DNA of 64,000 bases from Pirellulales bacterium. GTDB taxonomy: Bacteria; Planctomycetota; Planctomycetia; Pirellulales; PALSA-1355. Numbering within the stretch: position 1 is the first letter of the stretch; each line of letters begins with the position of its first letter. Location of the stretch: positions 64,001 to 128,000 of the forward strand of contig CAVTBU010000009.1 in NCBI GenBank assembly GCA_963733035.1. Direction: 5' to 3'. The notes beneath the pieces were generated by a model that was given only the letters and a program-made list of their open reading frames with translations, was not told the origin of the DNA and ran no database searches. The position numbers were made by a program, and so were the translations under genes. Shown piece by piece: positions 32,811-43,660 of the stretch.

Positions 32811-33491
32811 TTATTTCATGTCCGCCACGAAGTGATTTCGTAGCAGCGTGGCGATCTCCGCTTGGCCCGCGGGGTTGGGGTGCATGGCATCGGTGAAGTA
32901 AGTGTTGACGTCGGGGACTTCTTGGGCGAGTTCGGCAAAGTGGCGATAGACGTCAATGAGCGGCAAGCCGTGCGCGACGGCGACCTCGCGCACCACGTCA
33001 ACATAGGCCTTCAGGGTGGCGTTGCGCTCGGGCCCGTACTTCGGCCGAATCGCCGGATTGGGAGTCATCAGGATTACCTTGGCGTTTCGAGCCTGCAGCC
33101 TGGCGATCATCTCGTTGAGATTGTTACGGTATTGGTCGACACTAATGCGGGAGGCCGTTTTACCCTCGTCGATCCAGGAATCGTTCAAGCCAAACATCAG
33201 AACCACGTAGTTGGGATGGCAATCGAGAACGTCGGTTTGAAGGCGTTTCAGACCGTCTGCCGTCGTATTGCCGCCGATGCCTGCGTTGATGACTTCGACG
33301 GGTTGCCCGCGGGCGGTCAGTTGTCGTTCGAGGTCAGCGCAGAAAGTTTCATCCGGAAGTACGCCGGGGCGGACGGCCTTGGTCACCGAGTCTCCGAGAC
33401 AGACGATTCGGACCGGGTCGGCGGCTGTCGCGAGGTTACTGCAGACAAGATAGAACATCAGGAGCGGAAGGATCAGCGTCGAGTGTTTCAT
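32811..33491 (-). CDS. Secreted SGNH/GDSL lipase/esterase
   Basis: Signal peptide; CLGDSVT, NAGIGG, FGLNDS, DAMHP. Confidence 0.9.
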   Translation of the reverse strand: MKHSTLILPLLMFYLVCSNLATAADPVRIVCLGDSVTKAVRPGVLPDETFCADLERQLTARGQPVEVINAGIGGNTTADGLKRLQTDVLDCHPNYVVLMFGLNDSWIDEGKTASRISVDQYRNNLNEMIARLQARNAKVILMTPNPAIRPKYGPERNATLKAYVDVVREVAVAHGLPLIDVYRHFAELAQEVPDVNTYFTDAMHPNPAGQAEIATLLRNHFVADMK

Positions 33492-33855
33492 AGTTGTCGC
33501 CCCTCACTTTTTTTGCCAGGCAAATACCTGGGGGACATTCTTACCTGCCACGTCGGCGCGTACCAGTTGTCAGAACTGGCGAATCTTGTTTCGAACGGGC
33601 TGGGGACGTCGATCCATAGACCTTCGCCGTGCAGGTAAACGGCAAACGCGCGATGGCTCCGCCCGCAGGGTCGCTGGCACTCAACCAGGTTTACTTTTCC
33701 TACCAAGCCGCGCCGCCATTTTTTGCATTTTCGCGCGGCATTTTGCCTGACGATCGGCTATCCTGTCACGCTAGGCAGTAGGATGCGCCGGTGCGACTCC
33801 CCGAGGAGTCGGCACTGCTTTGACTTCTTGGTAAAGCAACAGGTGCGAGGGAACC

Positions 33856-35442
33856 ATGGCGGTTACGAACCTGGCGGAAATGGCGGAAGACTCGGCCCAG
33901 CGGTTGGGTGAACGAGACTATTTCGAGATCGACGGCGAGAAGTTCACCAACCTAAAACTTCTCGACATGGGGCGGCGGATGCAATCGGCCTTGGCCGGGC
34001 TTGGAATGAAGCGCGGTAAACGGGCCGTCGTCTTGATGATGAATCACGCCCTGGTGTATCCCACGTTTCAGGGAATCTTCCGAACGGGCGCAACGGCCAT
34101 TCCCGTTATGCCGCAAGCGGCCGCTGCCGAGCTTCGCTATGTGCTGGCCGACACCGAGGCGGATATGGTCGTCACCGACGTCGAACGACTGCCTACGGTG
34201 CGCGAGGCAGTGGCCGGTCTGCCGCACGTGCAACATGTTTTGGTGCAAGGGGGCGTTGACAACCGTGAAGCCAGCCCGCCGGAGTTGCGGCTCGATGACC
34301 TCATTCAATCGCCACCGGAAACAAAGCTGCCCAATATCGATCCGAGCGACGTGGCGGTGATGCTCTATTCCTCCGGCACGACCGGCCGGCCCAAGGGTGT
34401 ACTTCTGAGCCACGCGAATCTGCTGGCCAGCGCCGAGGCAGTGCTCGAGTCGGCTGTGCTGGATAGCTGGGAGGGTCCTCGAATCACGCTCAGTGCAATG
34501 CCGATCGCCCATATTTTTGGCGTGGCGATCATGAGCGACTTAATGATGATGCCGGAAAGTCTGCCGGCCGAGAGCAAGTTGATTCAGATGCGGTGGTTCG
34601 ATCCGGAACGGTTCATGGAGTTGATCCAGGAGCACAAATGCACAACGATCGCCGCGGTGCCGACGATTTTGGCCGTGATGCTCCACCATCCGGCAGCCGG
34701 CAAATACGACCTCTCGTCGTTGCGCGAAGTCATCGTGGGCGGCGCGCCGCTGCCGGTCGAGTTGGGACAGGCCTTCGCCAAGCGGTATCCCTGCCGGGTT
34801 CGTGAAATCTACGGGCTGACCGAGGCCTCAGGCCTGGGCACCTCGAACCGTCGCACCGAGGCATTCCGCGCCGGCTCCGCGGGCCGGGCCTACTGCAACA
34901 CCGAACTGAGCATTCAAAACGATAACGATCAGATCCTGCCGACCTGCGAGCGGGGTGAAATCTGCCTGCGGGGGCCGATCGTGATGCTCGGTTATCACAA
35001 CCGCCCGGACGAAACGGCCAAAGTGATTTGCGACGGCTGGCTGCACACCGGCGACGTTGGCTATCTCGACGATGACGGATTTCTATTCGTCGTCGACCGC
35101 AAGAAGGACATGATCATCCGTGGCGGCGAAAACATCTTTCCCGCCGAGCTGGAAGCCGTGCTGCATGAGCATCCGGCGGTGGCCGAGGCCGCGGTGGTGG
35201 GCGTGCCGGACGAAATCTACGGCGAATCCGTGGTTGCGTTCGTCGTTCCCAAACCGGGTACGAATCCGACCGAGGGAGAGCTGATCGAGCACGTCGGTTC
35301 GCAAGTCGCCAAGTTCAAGGCACCATCGCGCGTGCATTTCCTACCGACGCTTCCCAAAGGAGGCATCGGGAAGATTTTGCGGCGCGAGCTACGCGACAAG
35401 GCGGCGGCCATGGGCTCGACGAATGTCGGGCAAACCGGCTGA
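33856..35442 (+). CDS. Acyl-CoA synthetase (AMP-binding; FadD/AtuH-like role)
   Basis: YSSGTTGRPKG, YGLTE, WLHTGDVG, DRKKDMIIRGGEN, GKILRR. Confidence 0.93.
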   Translation: MAVTNLAEMAEDSAQRLGERDYFEIDGEKFTNLKLLDMGRRMQSALAGLGMKRGKRAVVLMMNHALVYPTFQGIFRTGATAIPVMPQAAAAELRYVLADTEADMVVTDVERLPTVREAVAGLPHVQHVLVQGGVDNREASPPELRLDDLIQSPPETKLPNIDPSDVAVMLYSSGTTGRPKGVLLSHANLLASAEAVLESAVLDSWEGPRITLSAMPIAHIFGVAIMSDLMMMPESLPAESKLIQMRWFDPERFMELIQEHKCTTIAAVPTILAVMLHHPAAGKYDLSSLREVIVGGAPLPVELGQAFAKRYPCRVREIYGLTEASGLGTSNRRTEAFRAGSAGRAYCNTELSIQNDNDQILPTCERGEICLRGPIVMLGYHNRPDETAKVICDGWLHTGDVGYLDDDGFLFVVDRKKDMIIRGGENIFPAELEAVLHEHPAVAEAAVVGVPDEIYGESVVAFVVPKPGTNPTEGELIEHVGSQVAKFKAPSRVHFLPTLPKGGIGKILRRELRDKAAAMGSTNVGQTG

Positions 35443-35527
35443 ACAATCCCGCGTTTGCAGTTCGGCCGCATGAACCAGGGGCCACGCGACGCGCCATTGG
35501 CTGTCACTGAGACACTTGGATTCGGCG

Positions 35528-36318
35528 TCAGACCTGCCAGTTTGGTTTGCGCTTGTTCATGAAGGCATCGATACCTTCGCGGATTTCAGCGGTTTCCCAG
35601 GCATCAGCTAGGGCGCCTGCCGTGTAAGGCAGGTTCTCGTCGGCACTGTGAGTACTGACGAAGCGGATTAATTCCTTGGCGTTGGCCACCGCCCCTGGGC
35701 GCAAGCAAGCACAGCGCTGACCTCGCGCTCAATTGCCGCATCGAGCTGTTCCATTGTTTCGACGGCTTCGTCCAACAATCCGATGCGCACGGCAGCGCGA
35801 CCGTCCAGCTTGCGGGCAGTCAGAAAGATGCGTCTGGCATTGGGCACGCCGATCTTGGCGACAACATACGGCGAGATCGTGGCGGGAGTGAGCCCCAGCG
35901 TGACTTCACTGAGACGGAAGGTCGCGCCGGCCAAGCCAATTGCCACATCGCATATCGAAATCAACCCCAGCCCACCGCCGAAGGCCGAGCCGTTGATTCG
36001 ACCGATCAGCGGCTTGGGTAGTCGGTCGAGCTCGCGGAGCGTGGAGGCGAATTCCGTGGCATCGGCGATGCGCCCCTCGCGCGTGTTGGTTGCCTGCCGC
36101 TGCATCCCCTTCAAATCGCCGCCTGCGCTGAACACATCGCCGGCACCGGTGAGCACGATCATCCGCACCGCCAAGTCAGCGGCGAGTTGGTCCGTCGCGG
36201 CGCGCAGCTCGCGCATCAGGTCGTTCGACATGGCGTTGCGCGTGTCGGGTTGACTGAGCGTCACCCGGGCCACGCCGCGCGCATCGGTGGCGACGTCGAT
36301 CATTTTGTAAGTGCTCAC
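35528..36318 (-). CDS. Enoyl-CoA hydratase, methylglutaconyl/isohexenylglutaconyl-CoA hydratase-like (frameshift near 35697)
   Basis: AGGAG RBS + GTG; FSAGGDL, AFGGGLGL, LSEVTLGLTPATISPYV; C-terminus PGAVANAKELI..EGIDAFMNKRKPNW in the shifted frame. Confidence 0.88.
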
Positions 36319-36566
36319 GGTCGCGACTCCTATCTCATTGCATGCGTCATTGGCAACCATCGGAGATCGTAAAGTACGCGGTCGCGGATGAGAAGATGTT
36401 CCATGCGGAATGACTGCCGGCGAAGGTGGTCCCCACGGCGACGTCGTTTATGAACGCTTCGCTGAACGTGCTCGGTTTGACGCAGATCCGTCTGAATGCC
36501 GCTTCGCCGGGCCCGCCCCCTGCACAGTTGGAACCGGAGTTCATCGAAAATGCGTCGGCCAGCGGA

Positions 36567-36745
36567 CCGAGGATTTGCGTGTTCGAGATCTGACGAGCAC
36601 GGTCGTCGTAGTCAGCCGAGGACTTGCTAATCGTGCTTGCCAAAAAGTTCCTCGAATACCATGTTTACCACGTCCTCGTCGTCGAGCAAGGGCGTCTAAT
36701 CGGCATCGTCAGGAAGCTGGACTTGAGGAAGCTGTTCGCGGACAG
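36567..36745 (+). pseudogene. Degenerate CBS-domain remnant
   Basis: EDLRVRDLTSTVVVVS / EDLLIVLAKKFLEYHVYHVLVVEQGRLIGIVRKLDLRKLF across a frame change; no credible start. Confidence 0.6.
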
Positions 36746-36963
36746 GGGAGTGGGAATAAAGATTGTGAGACGGTCGCGGGATTGGCCTGGTGATGCGGCG
36801 CGGAGTGTCATCGGGCGTGCGTCCCGGATAGACTTTTTGGGAAGGTACGTACGGTTTCTACGCTCTCTGGCATCCAGTCCGCCGCTCAGATAGAATTCCT
36901 CTAGAACGAGCGTTTCTCGGCAGGCCGGTCGGCCTGCTGTTGTCTACCAGGGGGAGCCAGGCT

Positions 36964-38163
36964 ATGACCACGGCAGTTCGCGATTCCAGCTCGGATGTTG
37001 CCATTCCCGGGACCGGATTTACCAAGGCCCATCAACTGTTCCGCGAGTCGGTGCGGCAGTTTGTCGATCAGGAAATCAATCCCTATGTCGACGCGTGGGA
37101 AGACGCCAAGATCTTTCCGGCTCACGATCTGTTCAAGAAGGCTGGCGACTTGGGGCTGCTTGGGCTGTCGTATCCCGAGGAGTACGGCGGTATGGGGGGC
37201 GACTATTGGTATAACCTGGCGCTGTCGGAGGAGTTTGCCCGTATCGACTGTGGCGCGATTCCGATGGCCTTTGGCGTGCAAACCGACATGGCCACGCCCG
37301 CGCTGGCCAAGCACGGCTCGCACGAACTGAAGAAGAAGTATCTGGAGCCGGCCATCCGCGGCGATGCGGTCTGCTCGGTGGCCGTCACTGAACCGGAAGC
37401 CGGCTCGGACGTGGCCAGCATTCGCACCAAGGCCGAGCGCGAAGGCGACCATTACGTGATTAACGGTTCGAAGCTTTTCATCACAAACGGCGCGCAGGCC
37501 GACTGGATCTGCCTGCTCGCTCGCACGACGCCCGGCAAGAGCTATAAGGGCATGTCGCTGATCGTGGTGCCGACCGACACGCCGGGCTTCTCGGTTTCGA
37601 AAACGCTCAAAAAGATGGGCAACTGGGCCAGCGATACGGCCGAGTTGGTGTTCGACAACTGCCGCGTGCCCGTGGCCAATTGCATCGGCGAGGAAGGCCT
37701 GGGCTTCGTCTACCAGATGGAGCAGTTTCAGAACGAGCGTCTGGTGAGTGCCGTCGGCGCCGCGGCCGGTATGGATAAGATCATCAAAATGACGATCGAG
37801 TATTGCCGCGGCCGCAAAACGTTTGGTAAGCCGCTGATCGAAAACCAGTGGATCTACTTCAAGCTCACCGAACTGATCAGCGAAGTCGAAATGCTGCGAC
37901 AGATGTGTTACCATTGCGGCCGGCTGATGGACCGCGGCGAAGACTACACCCGCGAAGCCTCGATGTGCAAGCTGAAGGCTGGGCGGCTGACACGGCAAGT
38001 GGCCGACACCTGCGTGCAGTTTCATGGCGGTATGGGCTACATGGAAGAATATCCGATGGCCCGCTACTTCCGCGACTCGCGGTTGTGGTCGATTGGCGCC
38101 GGCGCCGACGAAATCATGCTCGGCATCATCGCCAAATATGAAGGCATTGCGCCGCCCAAATAG
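36964..38163 (+). CDS. Acyl-CoA dehydrogenase (citronellyl-CoA dehydrogenase AtuD-like)
   Basis: AVTEPEAGSDV, NGSKLFITNG, QFHGGMGY, RDSRLWSIGAGADEIM. Confidence 0.92.
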   Translation: MTTAVRDSSSDVAIPGTGFTKAHQLFRESVRQFVDQEINPYVDAWEDAKIFPAHDLFKKAGDLGLLGLSYPEEYGGMGGDYWYNLALSEEFARIDCGAIPMAFGVQTDMATPALAKHGSHELKKKYLEPAIRGDAVCSVAVTEPEAGSDVASIRTKAEREGDHYVINGSKLFITNGAQADWICLLARTTPGKSYKGMSLIVVPTDTPGFSVSKTLKKMGNWASDTAELVFDNCRVPVANCIGEEGLGFVYQMEQFQNERLVSAVGAAAGMDKIIKMTIEYCRGRKTFGKPLIENQWIYFKLTELISEVEMLRQMCYHCGRLMDRGEDYTREASMCKLKAGRLTRQVADTCVQFHGGMGYMEEYPMARYFRDSRLWSIGAGADEIMLGIIAKYEGIAPPK

Positions 38164-38264
38164 TTCGGGTTAGCAGTTCGGCAGTGTGAGGGCGGAGCAC
38201 GTGCGGCGCCGTGCGAGCTAACGGCGCATCGCGGTGTGACTAGCGAACCAGGAGATCACCAGCG

Positions 38265-39869
38265 GTGCGTCGACAGATTCTCCCGTCGAGACTCGACATC
38301 AGGTCGGAACACTACCAGAAGAATCGCGAGTCGCTACTCGGCCAGCTTGAGGCGCTCAAGCAATTGCTGGCGGCGGCGCGGGCTGGCGGCGGCGAAAAAT
38401 CTGTCGCCCGGCACCATCACCGCGGCAAGCTGCTGGTGCGCGAACGAATCGAAATGTTGCTCGATCGCGATGCGCCTTTCTTGGAGCTGGCACCCGTCGC
38501 CGCCGCAGGAACCGACTATGAAGTCGGGGCGTCGGTGGCCTGCGGCATTGGCGTCGTCTCGGGCGTCGAGTGTTATGTCAGCGGCAACGATCCGACCGTT
38601 CGCGGCGGATCGGTGAACCCGTACACGATGAAGAAGTCGCTGCGCGGCTTTGACATCTGCCGTCGGAATCGGTTGCCCTATATCACGCTGACCGAGTCCG
38701 GCGGTGCCGACTTGCCGAGACAATCGGAGATCTTCCTCCCTGGCGGAGCGTCGTTTCGGCATTTGACGGAACTGTCGGCTGCGGGCATACCAACCATTTC
38801 ACTGGTATTCGGCAACTCGACGGCCGGCGGAGCCTACACACCCGCGATGTGCGACTACACCGTGTTCGTCAAGGAACGGGCCAAGGTCTTCCTGGGGGGG
38901 CCGCCGCTGGTGAAGATGGCCACCGGTGAAGACTCCAACGACGAGGAACTGGGCGGGGCAGAAATGCACTCGCGGGTGTCGGGGCTTTCGGATTATCTGG
39001 CGGTGGACGAATTGGATGCCCTGCGAATTGGCCGCGAGATCGTGGCCAATCTGAATTGGAAAAAGCTGGGCCCCGCGCCGGCGGCCGAGATCGAGGAGCC
39101 CCGGTACGATCCGGAGGATTTGCTGGGGCTGGCGCCAGCCGATTTGAAGGTTCCCGTCGATATGCGGGAGATCCTCGCTCGCGTCGTCGACGGCTCGCGG
39201 TTTCACGAATTCAAGCCGGCGTACGGTCCGAATCTGATCACTGGTTGGGCATCGCTCTACGGTTACGAGATTGGAATTCTAGCCAATCAGCAAGGCGTAT
39301 TGTTTTCGGCCGAGTCGCAGAAAGCGGCCCAGTTCATTCAACTTGCCAACCGGCATGGCGTACCGCTGGTCTTCGTCCAGAACGTGACCGGTTACATGGT
39401 GGGCAAGCAATATGAGCAAGGGGGTATCATCAAGCACGGTGCCCAGATGATCAACGCCGTGTCGAACAGCACGGTCCCGCACTTGACGCTGCAGATCGGC
39501 GGCTCGTACGGTGCCGGGAACTATGGCATGTGCGGCTACGCCTACAAACCGCGGTTCGTATTCATCTGGCCGAATAGCAAGACGGCCGTGATGGGGCCCG
39601 CGCAACTGGCGGGCGTCATGTCGATCGTCAGGCGCGCCGCGGCCCAAGCGGCCGGCAAGCCGTTTGACGAAGCCCAGGATGAGTTTCTGCGCAAGGCCGT
39701 CGAGGATCAGATTGAAAGTGAGTCGCTGGCCACGTTCACCAGCGGGCAGGTGTTTGATGATGGGATTATCGATCCACGTGACTCGCGCACCGTGCTGGGA
39801 ATGGCGCTCTCGGCGGCCATGAGTGCCGAAGTGAAGGGCGCAGAAAAGTTTGGCGTATTTCGGATGTAG
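38265..39869 (+). CDS. Acyl-CoA carboxylase beta (carboxyltransferase) subunit, AtuC-like
   Basis: RGKLLVRERI, ESGGADL, STAGGAY, GGPPLVKMATGE, GSYGAGNYGMCG, DDGIIDPR, FGVFRM. Confidence 0.92.
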   Translation: MRRQILPSRLDIRSEHYQKNRESLLGQLEALKQLLAAARAGGGEKSVARHHHRGKLLVRERIEMLLDRDAPFLELAPVAAAGTDYEVGASVACGIGVVSGVECYVSGNDPTVRGGSVNPYTMKKSLRGFDICRRNRLPYITLTESGGADLPRQSEIFLPGGASFRHLTELSAAGIPTISLVFGNSTAGGAYTPAMCDYTVFVKERAKVFLGGPPLVKMATGEDSNDEELGGAEMHSRVSGLSDYLAVDELDALRIGREIVANLNWKKLGPAPAAEIEEPRYDPEDLLGLAPADLKVPVDMREILARVVDGSRFHEFKPAYGPNLITGWASLYGYEIGILANQQGVLFSAESQKAAQFIQLANRHGVPLVFVQNVTGYMVGKQYEQGGIIKHGAQMINAVSNSTVPHLTLQIGGSYGAGNYGMCGYAYKPRFVFIWPNSKTAVMGPAQLAGVMSIVRRAAAQAAGKPFDEAQDEFLRKAVEDQIESESLATFTSGQVFDDGIIDPRDSRTVLGMALSAAMSAEVKGAEKFGVFRM

Positions 39870-39875
39870 ATCAGC

Positions 39876-41880
39876 ATGAGCAAAAGCGGTTTCCAGAAAA
39901 TCGTGATCGCCAACCGGGGTGAAATCGCTCGCCGGATTATGCGGACGTGCCGCGCGATGGGAATCGCGACCGTAGCGGTTTGTTCTGACGCGGATCGGGA
40001 TGCGCCGTTTGTGCGCGAGGCCGATGAAGTCGTGCCGCTGGGCGGCATGCGCCCGGCCGACTCGTATTTGCGGGCAGATGCAATCATTGAAGCTGCCAGG
40101 CGGGCCGGGGCGGATGCGATTCACCCCGGATATGGGTTTCTGTCGGAGAACGCCGAGTTTGCCAGGGCTTGCGAGGCGGCGGACCTCACGTTCATTGGCC
40201 CGCCAGCCAAAGTAATTGCCGCGATGGGCTCCAAAATCGAGGCCAAGCAGCGCATGCAGGCGGCCGGTGTCCCGCTGTTACCGACCGTCGAGGTGCGCGA
40301 GCAGAAGGCAGTGGATGTGCTGAAGCAAGTCGAGAAGTTCGGCTGGCCGGCACTGGTCAAGGCATCGGCCGGAGGCGGTGGCCGCGGGATGCGAATCGCA
40401 CGCAGCGCAGAGGGTTTTGGCGAATTGCTGGAGGCGGCCCGGCAAGAGTCCTTGGGGGCCTTTGGCGATGGCACGCTGTTTATTGAACCGTACATCGAAC
40501 TGCGCCCGGCATATCGAGGTACAAGTTTTTGGTGACACGCACGGAAATGTCGTGCACCTGTTCGAGCGCGAGTGCTCAATTCAGCGGCGGCATCAGAAAG
40601 TCATCGAGGAGTCCCCGTCAATCGTGCTCGATCATGAGCTGCGCGAGGCAATGACCGACGCGGCGGTACGCGGGGCGAAAGCGATCGACTATGTGAATGC
40701 CGGAACGTTTGAATTCTTGCTCACGCCAGAGCGTAAGTTTTATTTCCTGGAGGTGAATACCCGCTTGCAGGTTGAACATCCTGTGACCGAGATGGTTACC
40801 GGTCTCGATTTGGTACGATTGCAGATCCTGGTTGCCGCCGGCGAGCCGCTCCCACCGGAAGCACATCAGGCGACCGTGACGGGGCACGCGATCGAAGCCC
40901 GACTGTGCGCCGAAGACCCCCGCCAAGACTATCGGCCAGCGGCTGGGAAGCTGCATCGCTTTCGGATTTCGGCCAGCGAAGGGGTGCGTGTCGACTCGGC
41001 CATTGACGATGCCGGATTCGTTTCACCGTTTTACGATTCGATGCTGGCTAAGGTAATCGTGCATGCTCCCACGCGTGAGGAGGCCGCCAAGTGCTTGAGC
41101 CGCGTGTTGGCCGATGCGCAAATTCATGGTCTGCAAACAAACCGTGAACTGCTGGTACGAACGCTTACACATAGGGACTTTTTGGCCGGCGAGACCGATA
41201 CACACTTTCTCGAGCGGCACGATCCGGTGGCCTTGGGAGCGCCACTGGGCGATGTTGCGACCGAGCAACTGCACGCGGCAGCAGCCGCATTGGCCGGTCA
41301 AGCGGAACGGCGACTGACGGCAGCAGTGCTCCGAGGTGCACCCTCCGGCTGGAGGAATAATCCTTCGCAACCGCAGCGGGCTGTCTTCCAGGGCTCGGCC
41401 GGCGAGATCCTTGTCGAGTACGCGTTTTCGCGCACCGGGTTGAACATTTCGGTGGGCGGGAACGAACTGCCCTCAGTCCGATGCCTTGAGGCCTCGCCTG
41501 CGATGGTGCGGCTCGAGCTAGACGGTGTCGAACGAACATGCGCCGTCGAACGCATTGACAACATTTTTTATGTCGACAGCCCGTTGGGCTCGACCGCGCT
41601 CACCGAATGGCCGCGTTTTCCGCCGCCCGCAGACGCCTCCACTGCCGGCTCACTGGTCGCGCCGCTGCCGGGGGTGGTCAATCAATTGAAGGTCAAGCCC
41701 GGCGACACGGTGGCTGCCGGCGACGTGCTGCTGGTCATCGATTCAATGAAGCTGTTGCACGAGATCGCCGCGCCGCAATCGGGCACGGTCATTGAGATTC
41801 GCGTCGAGGCCGGACACCAGGTGGACGCCGGAACGTTGCTGATCGTCATCGAAGAGGCCGGCGAAGCCGCAACTCAGTAA
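39876..41880 (+). CDS. Acyl-CoA carboxylase alpha (biotin carboxylase + biotinyl domain), AtuF-like (frameshift near 40502)
   Basis: IANRGEIA, HPGYGFLSEN, GGGGRGMR, ERECSIQRRHQK, EVNTRLQVEHPVTE, biotin site DSMKL. Confidence 0.92.
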
Positions 41881-41894
41881 CGGAGACCGACGAC

Positions 41895-43658
41895 ATGACT
41901 GCTCCGCTGCGAATCGCGAACTGCTCCGGATTCTATGGAGACCGGCTGGCGGCCGCCCGCGAGATGGTGCTCGGAGGCCCAATCGACTTTCTCACCGGCG
42001 ATTATCTGGCCGAACTGACGATGCTCATCCTGTGGAAGTCGCAGCAGAAAGATCCGGCAACCGGCTACGCGATCACGTTTCTCAGGCAGATGGAAGAGGT
42101 GCTGGGCGAGGCGCTCGACCGCGGCATCAAGGTCGTGGCGAACGCCGGCGGATTGAATCCCGGCGGGCTGACCACGGCGCTGTGCGCAATGTGCGACCGC
42201 CTGGGTTTAAAGGCAAAAATTCTGCATATCGAAGGCGACGACGTGCTCGCACAACTCGGGGCCCTGCAGGCCGACGGCGAGGTCCTGAAGAACATCGATA
42301 CCGGCCAGGCGCTGAATGAGCTAAAGGCCAAGCCCCTGACGGCAAATGCCTATTTGGGTGCCTGGGGCATTGTCGAAGCGCTCAACCAGGGGGCCGATGT
42401 TGTCGTTTGTCCGCGGGTGACGGACGCATCGGTCGTTGTTGGTCCGGCGGCGTGGCATTTCGGTTGGAAGCGCGACGATTGGGACAAGTTGGCCGGCGCC
42501 GTGGCGGCAGGACACATCATCGAATGCGGCACGCAGTGCACGGGCGGCAACTATGCGTACTTTCGCGAGGTACCAGGGCTCGAACACCCCGGCTTCCCGA
42601 TCGCCGAGCTGTATGACGACGGCTCCTCCGTGATTACCAAGCACGAGGGGACGGGCGGGCTTGTTTCAGTCGGCACGGTGACGGCACAGTTGCTTTACGA
42701 AATCGACCAGCCGTCATATGCCAATCCGGACGTCGTGGCCCGCTTCGATACAGTTCAACTCGAACAAGTCGGACCGGATCGGGTACGGGTGTTCGGCACT
42801 CGTGGCGATGAGGCCCCCGGCACTGTGAAAGTTTGTCTGAATTACCTGGGCGGTTACAGCAACCAGGCGACGTTTGTGCTGACGGGTCTCGACATCGAAG
42901 AGAAGGCAGCCCTTGTTGAACGCACGCTGAGAAGCACCCTCGACATCAGGCAGTTCGACGCATTCGAAGTCAACCTGGCGCGGACCGACAAGGCCGACGC
43001 CCATACGAACCAGGAAGCGGCGGCGTTTCTGCGCGTGAGCGTGAAGAGCCAGGATCCCAAGAAGGTGGGGCGAGCATTTTCCGGCGCCGTTGTGGAAATG
43101 GCCTTGGCAAGCTACCCAGGGTTCTTTTGCACGAGTCCGCCCACCGACGCCGGCCCGTTTGGCGTGTATTGGCCGCTACTGATTTCCGGCGACGTCCCGC
43201 AACATGTTGTAGTGCTTGAAAATGGCGAGCGGATTGCCGTGCCATGGTCGGGGCCCGCAACTCGATATTTGCAGCGCGTAGAATCTACACCGCTGGCCCC
43301 GGTGCCGAATGGCCCAACCGAAGAACTGCCGCTGGGGACACTGTTTGGCGCACGATCGGGCGACAAAGGGGGCACCGCGAACATTGGCGTGTGGGCACGC
43401 GATGCGGCCGGGTACGCCTGGCTCCATTCCTTTCTGACGGTAGAGAAACTGAAGGAGTTGATCCCGGAGGCCGCTCATTTGGGAATTGGCCGATTTGAAC
43501 TACCGAACCTGAATGCGCTGAACTTTGTGGTCGTTGGTCTCTTGGGAGAGGGCGTGGCGTCGAGCACGCGGTTTGATCCGCAGGCCAAAAGCCTGGGAGA
43601 GTTTTTGCGTTCTCGCATCGTGCCGCTGCCGAAGTCGCTCTTGGATAAAAACGCTTAG
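41895..43658 (+). CDS. atuA: Acyclic terpene utilization AtuA family protein
   Basis: RIANCSGFYGD, DYLAELTM, GHIIECG.Q.TGGNY, AQLLYEI, ARSGDKG, DPQAKSLGE. Confidence 0.92.
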   Translation: MTAPLRIANCSGFYGDRLAAAREMVLGGPIDFLTGDYLAELTMLILWKSQQKDPATGYAITFLRQMEEVLGEALDRGIKVVANAGGLNPGGLTTALCAMCDRLGLKAKILHIEGDDVLAQLGALQADGEVLKNIDTGQALNELKAKPLTANAYLGAWGIVEALNQGADVVVCPRVTDASVVVGPAAWHFGWKRDDWDKLAGAVAAGHIIECGTQCTGGNYAYFREVPGLEHPGFPIAELYDDGSSVITKHEGTGGLVSVGTVTAQLLYEIDQPSYANPDVVARFDTVQLEQVGPDRVRVFGTRGDEAPGTVKVCLNYLGGYSNQATFVLTGLDIEEKAALVERTLRSTLDIRQFDAFEVNLARTDKADAHTNQEAAAFLRVSVKSQDPKKVGRAFSGAVVEMALASYPGFFCTSPPTDAGPFGVYWPLLISGDVPQHVVVLENGERIAVPWSGPATRYLQRVESTPLAPVPNGPTEELPLGTLFGARSGDKGGTANIGVWARDAAGYAWLHSFLTVEKLKELIPEAAHLGIGRFELPNLNALNFVVVGLLGEGVASSTRFDPQAKSLGEFLRSRIVPLPKSLLDKNA

Positions 43659-43660
43659 CC

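Noticed and set aside
33488..33706. 72-aa ORF overlapping the SGNH start
   Set aside because: TTG start, no RBS or recognisable motif; lies in a divergent promoter region
41735..41755. Biotinylation motif DSMKL instead of EAMKM
   Set aside because: The MK core is intact and such variation is common; not evidence of inactivation
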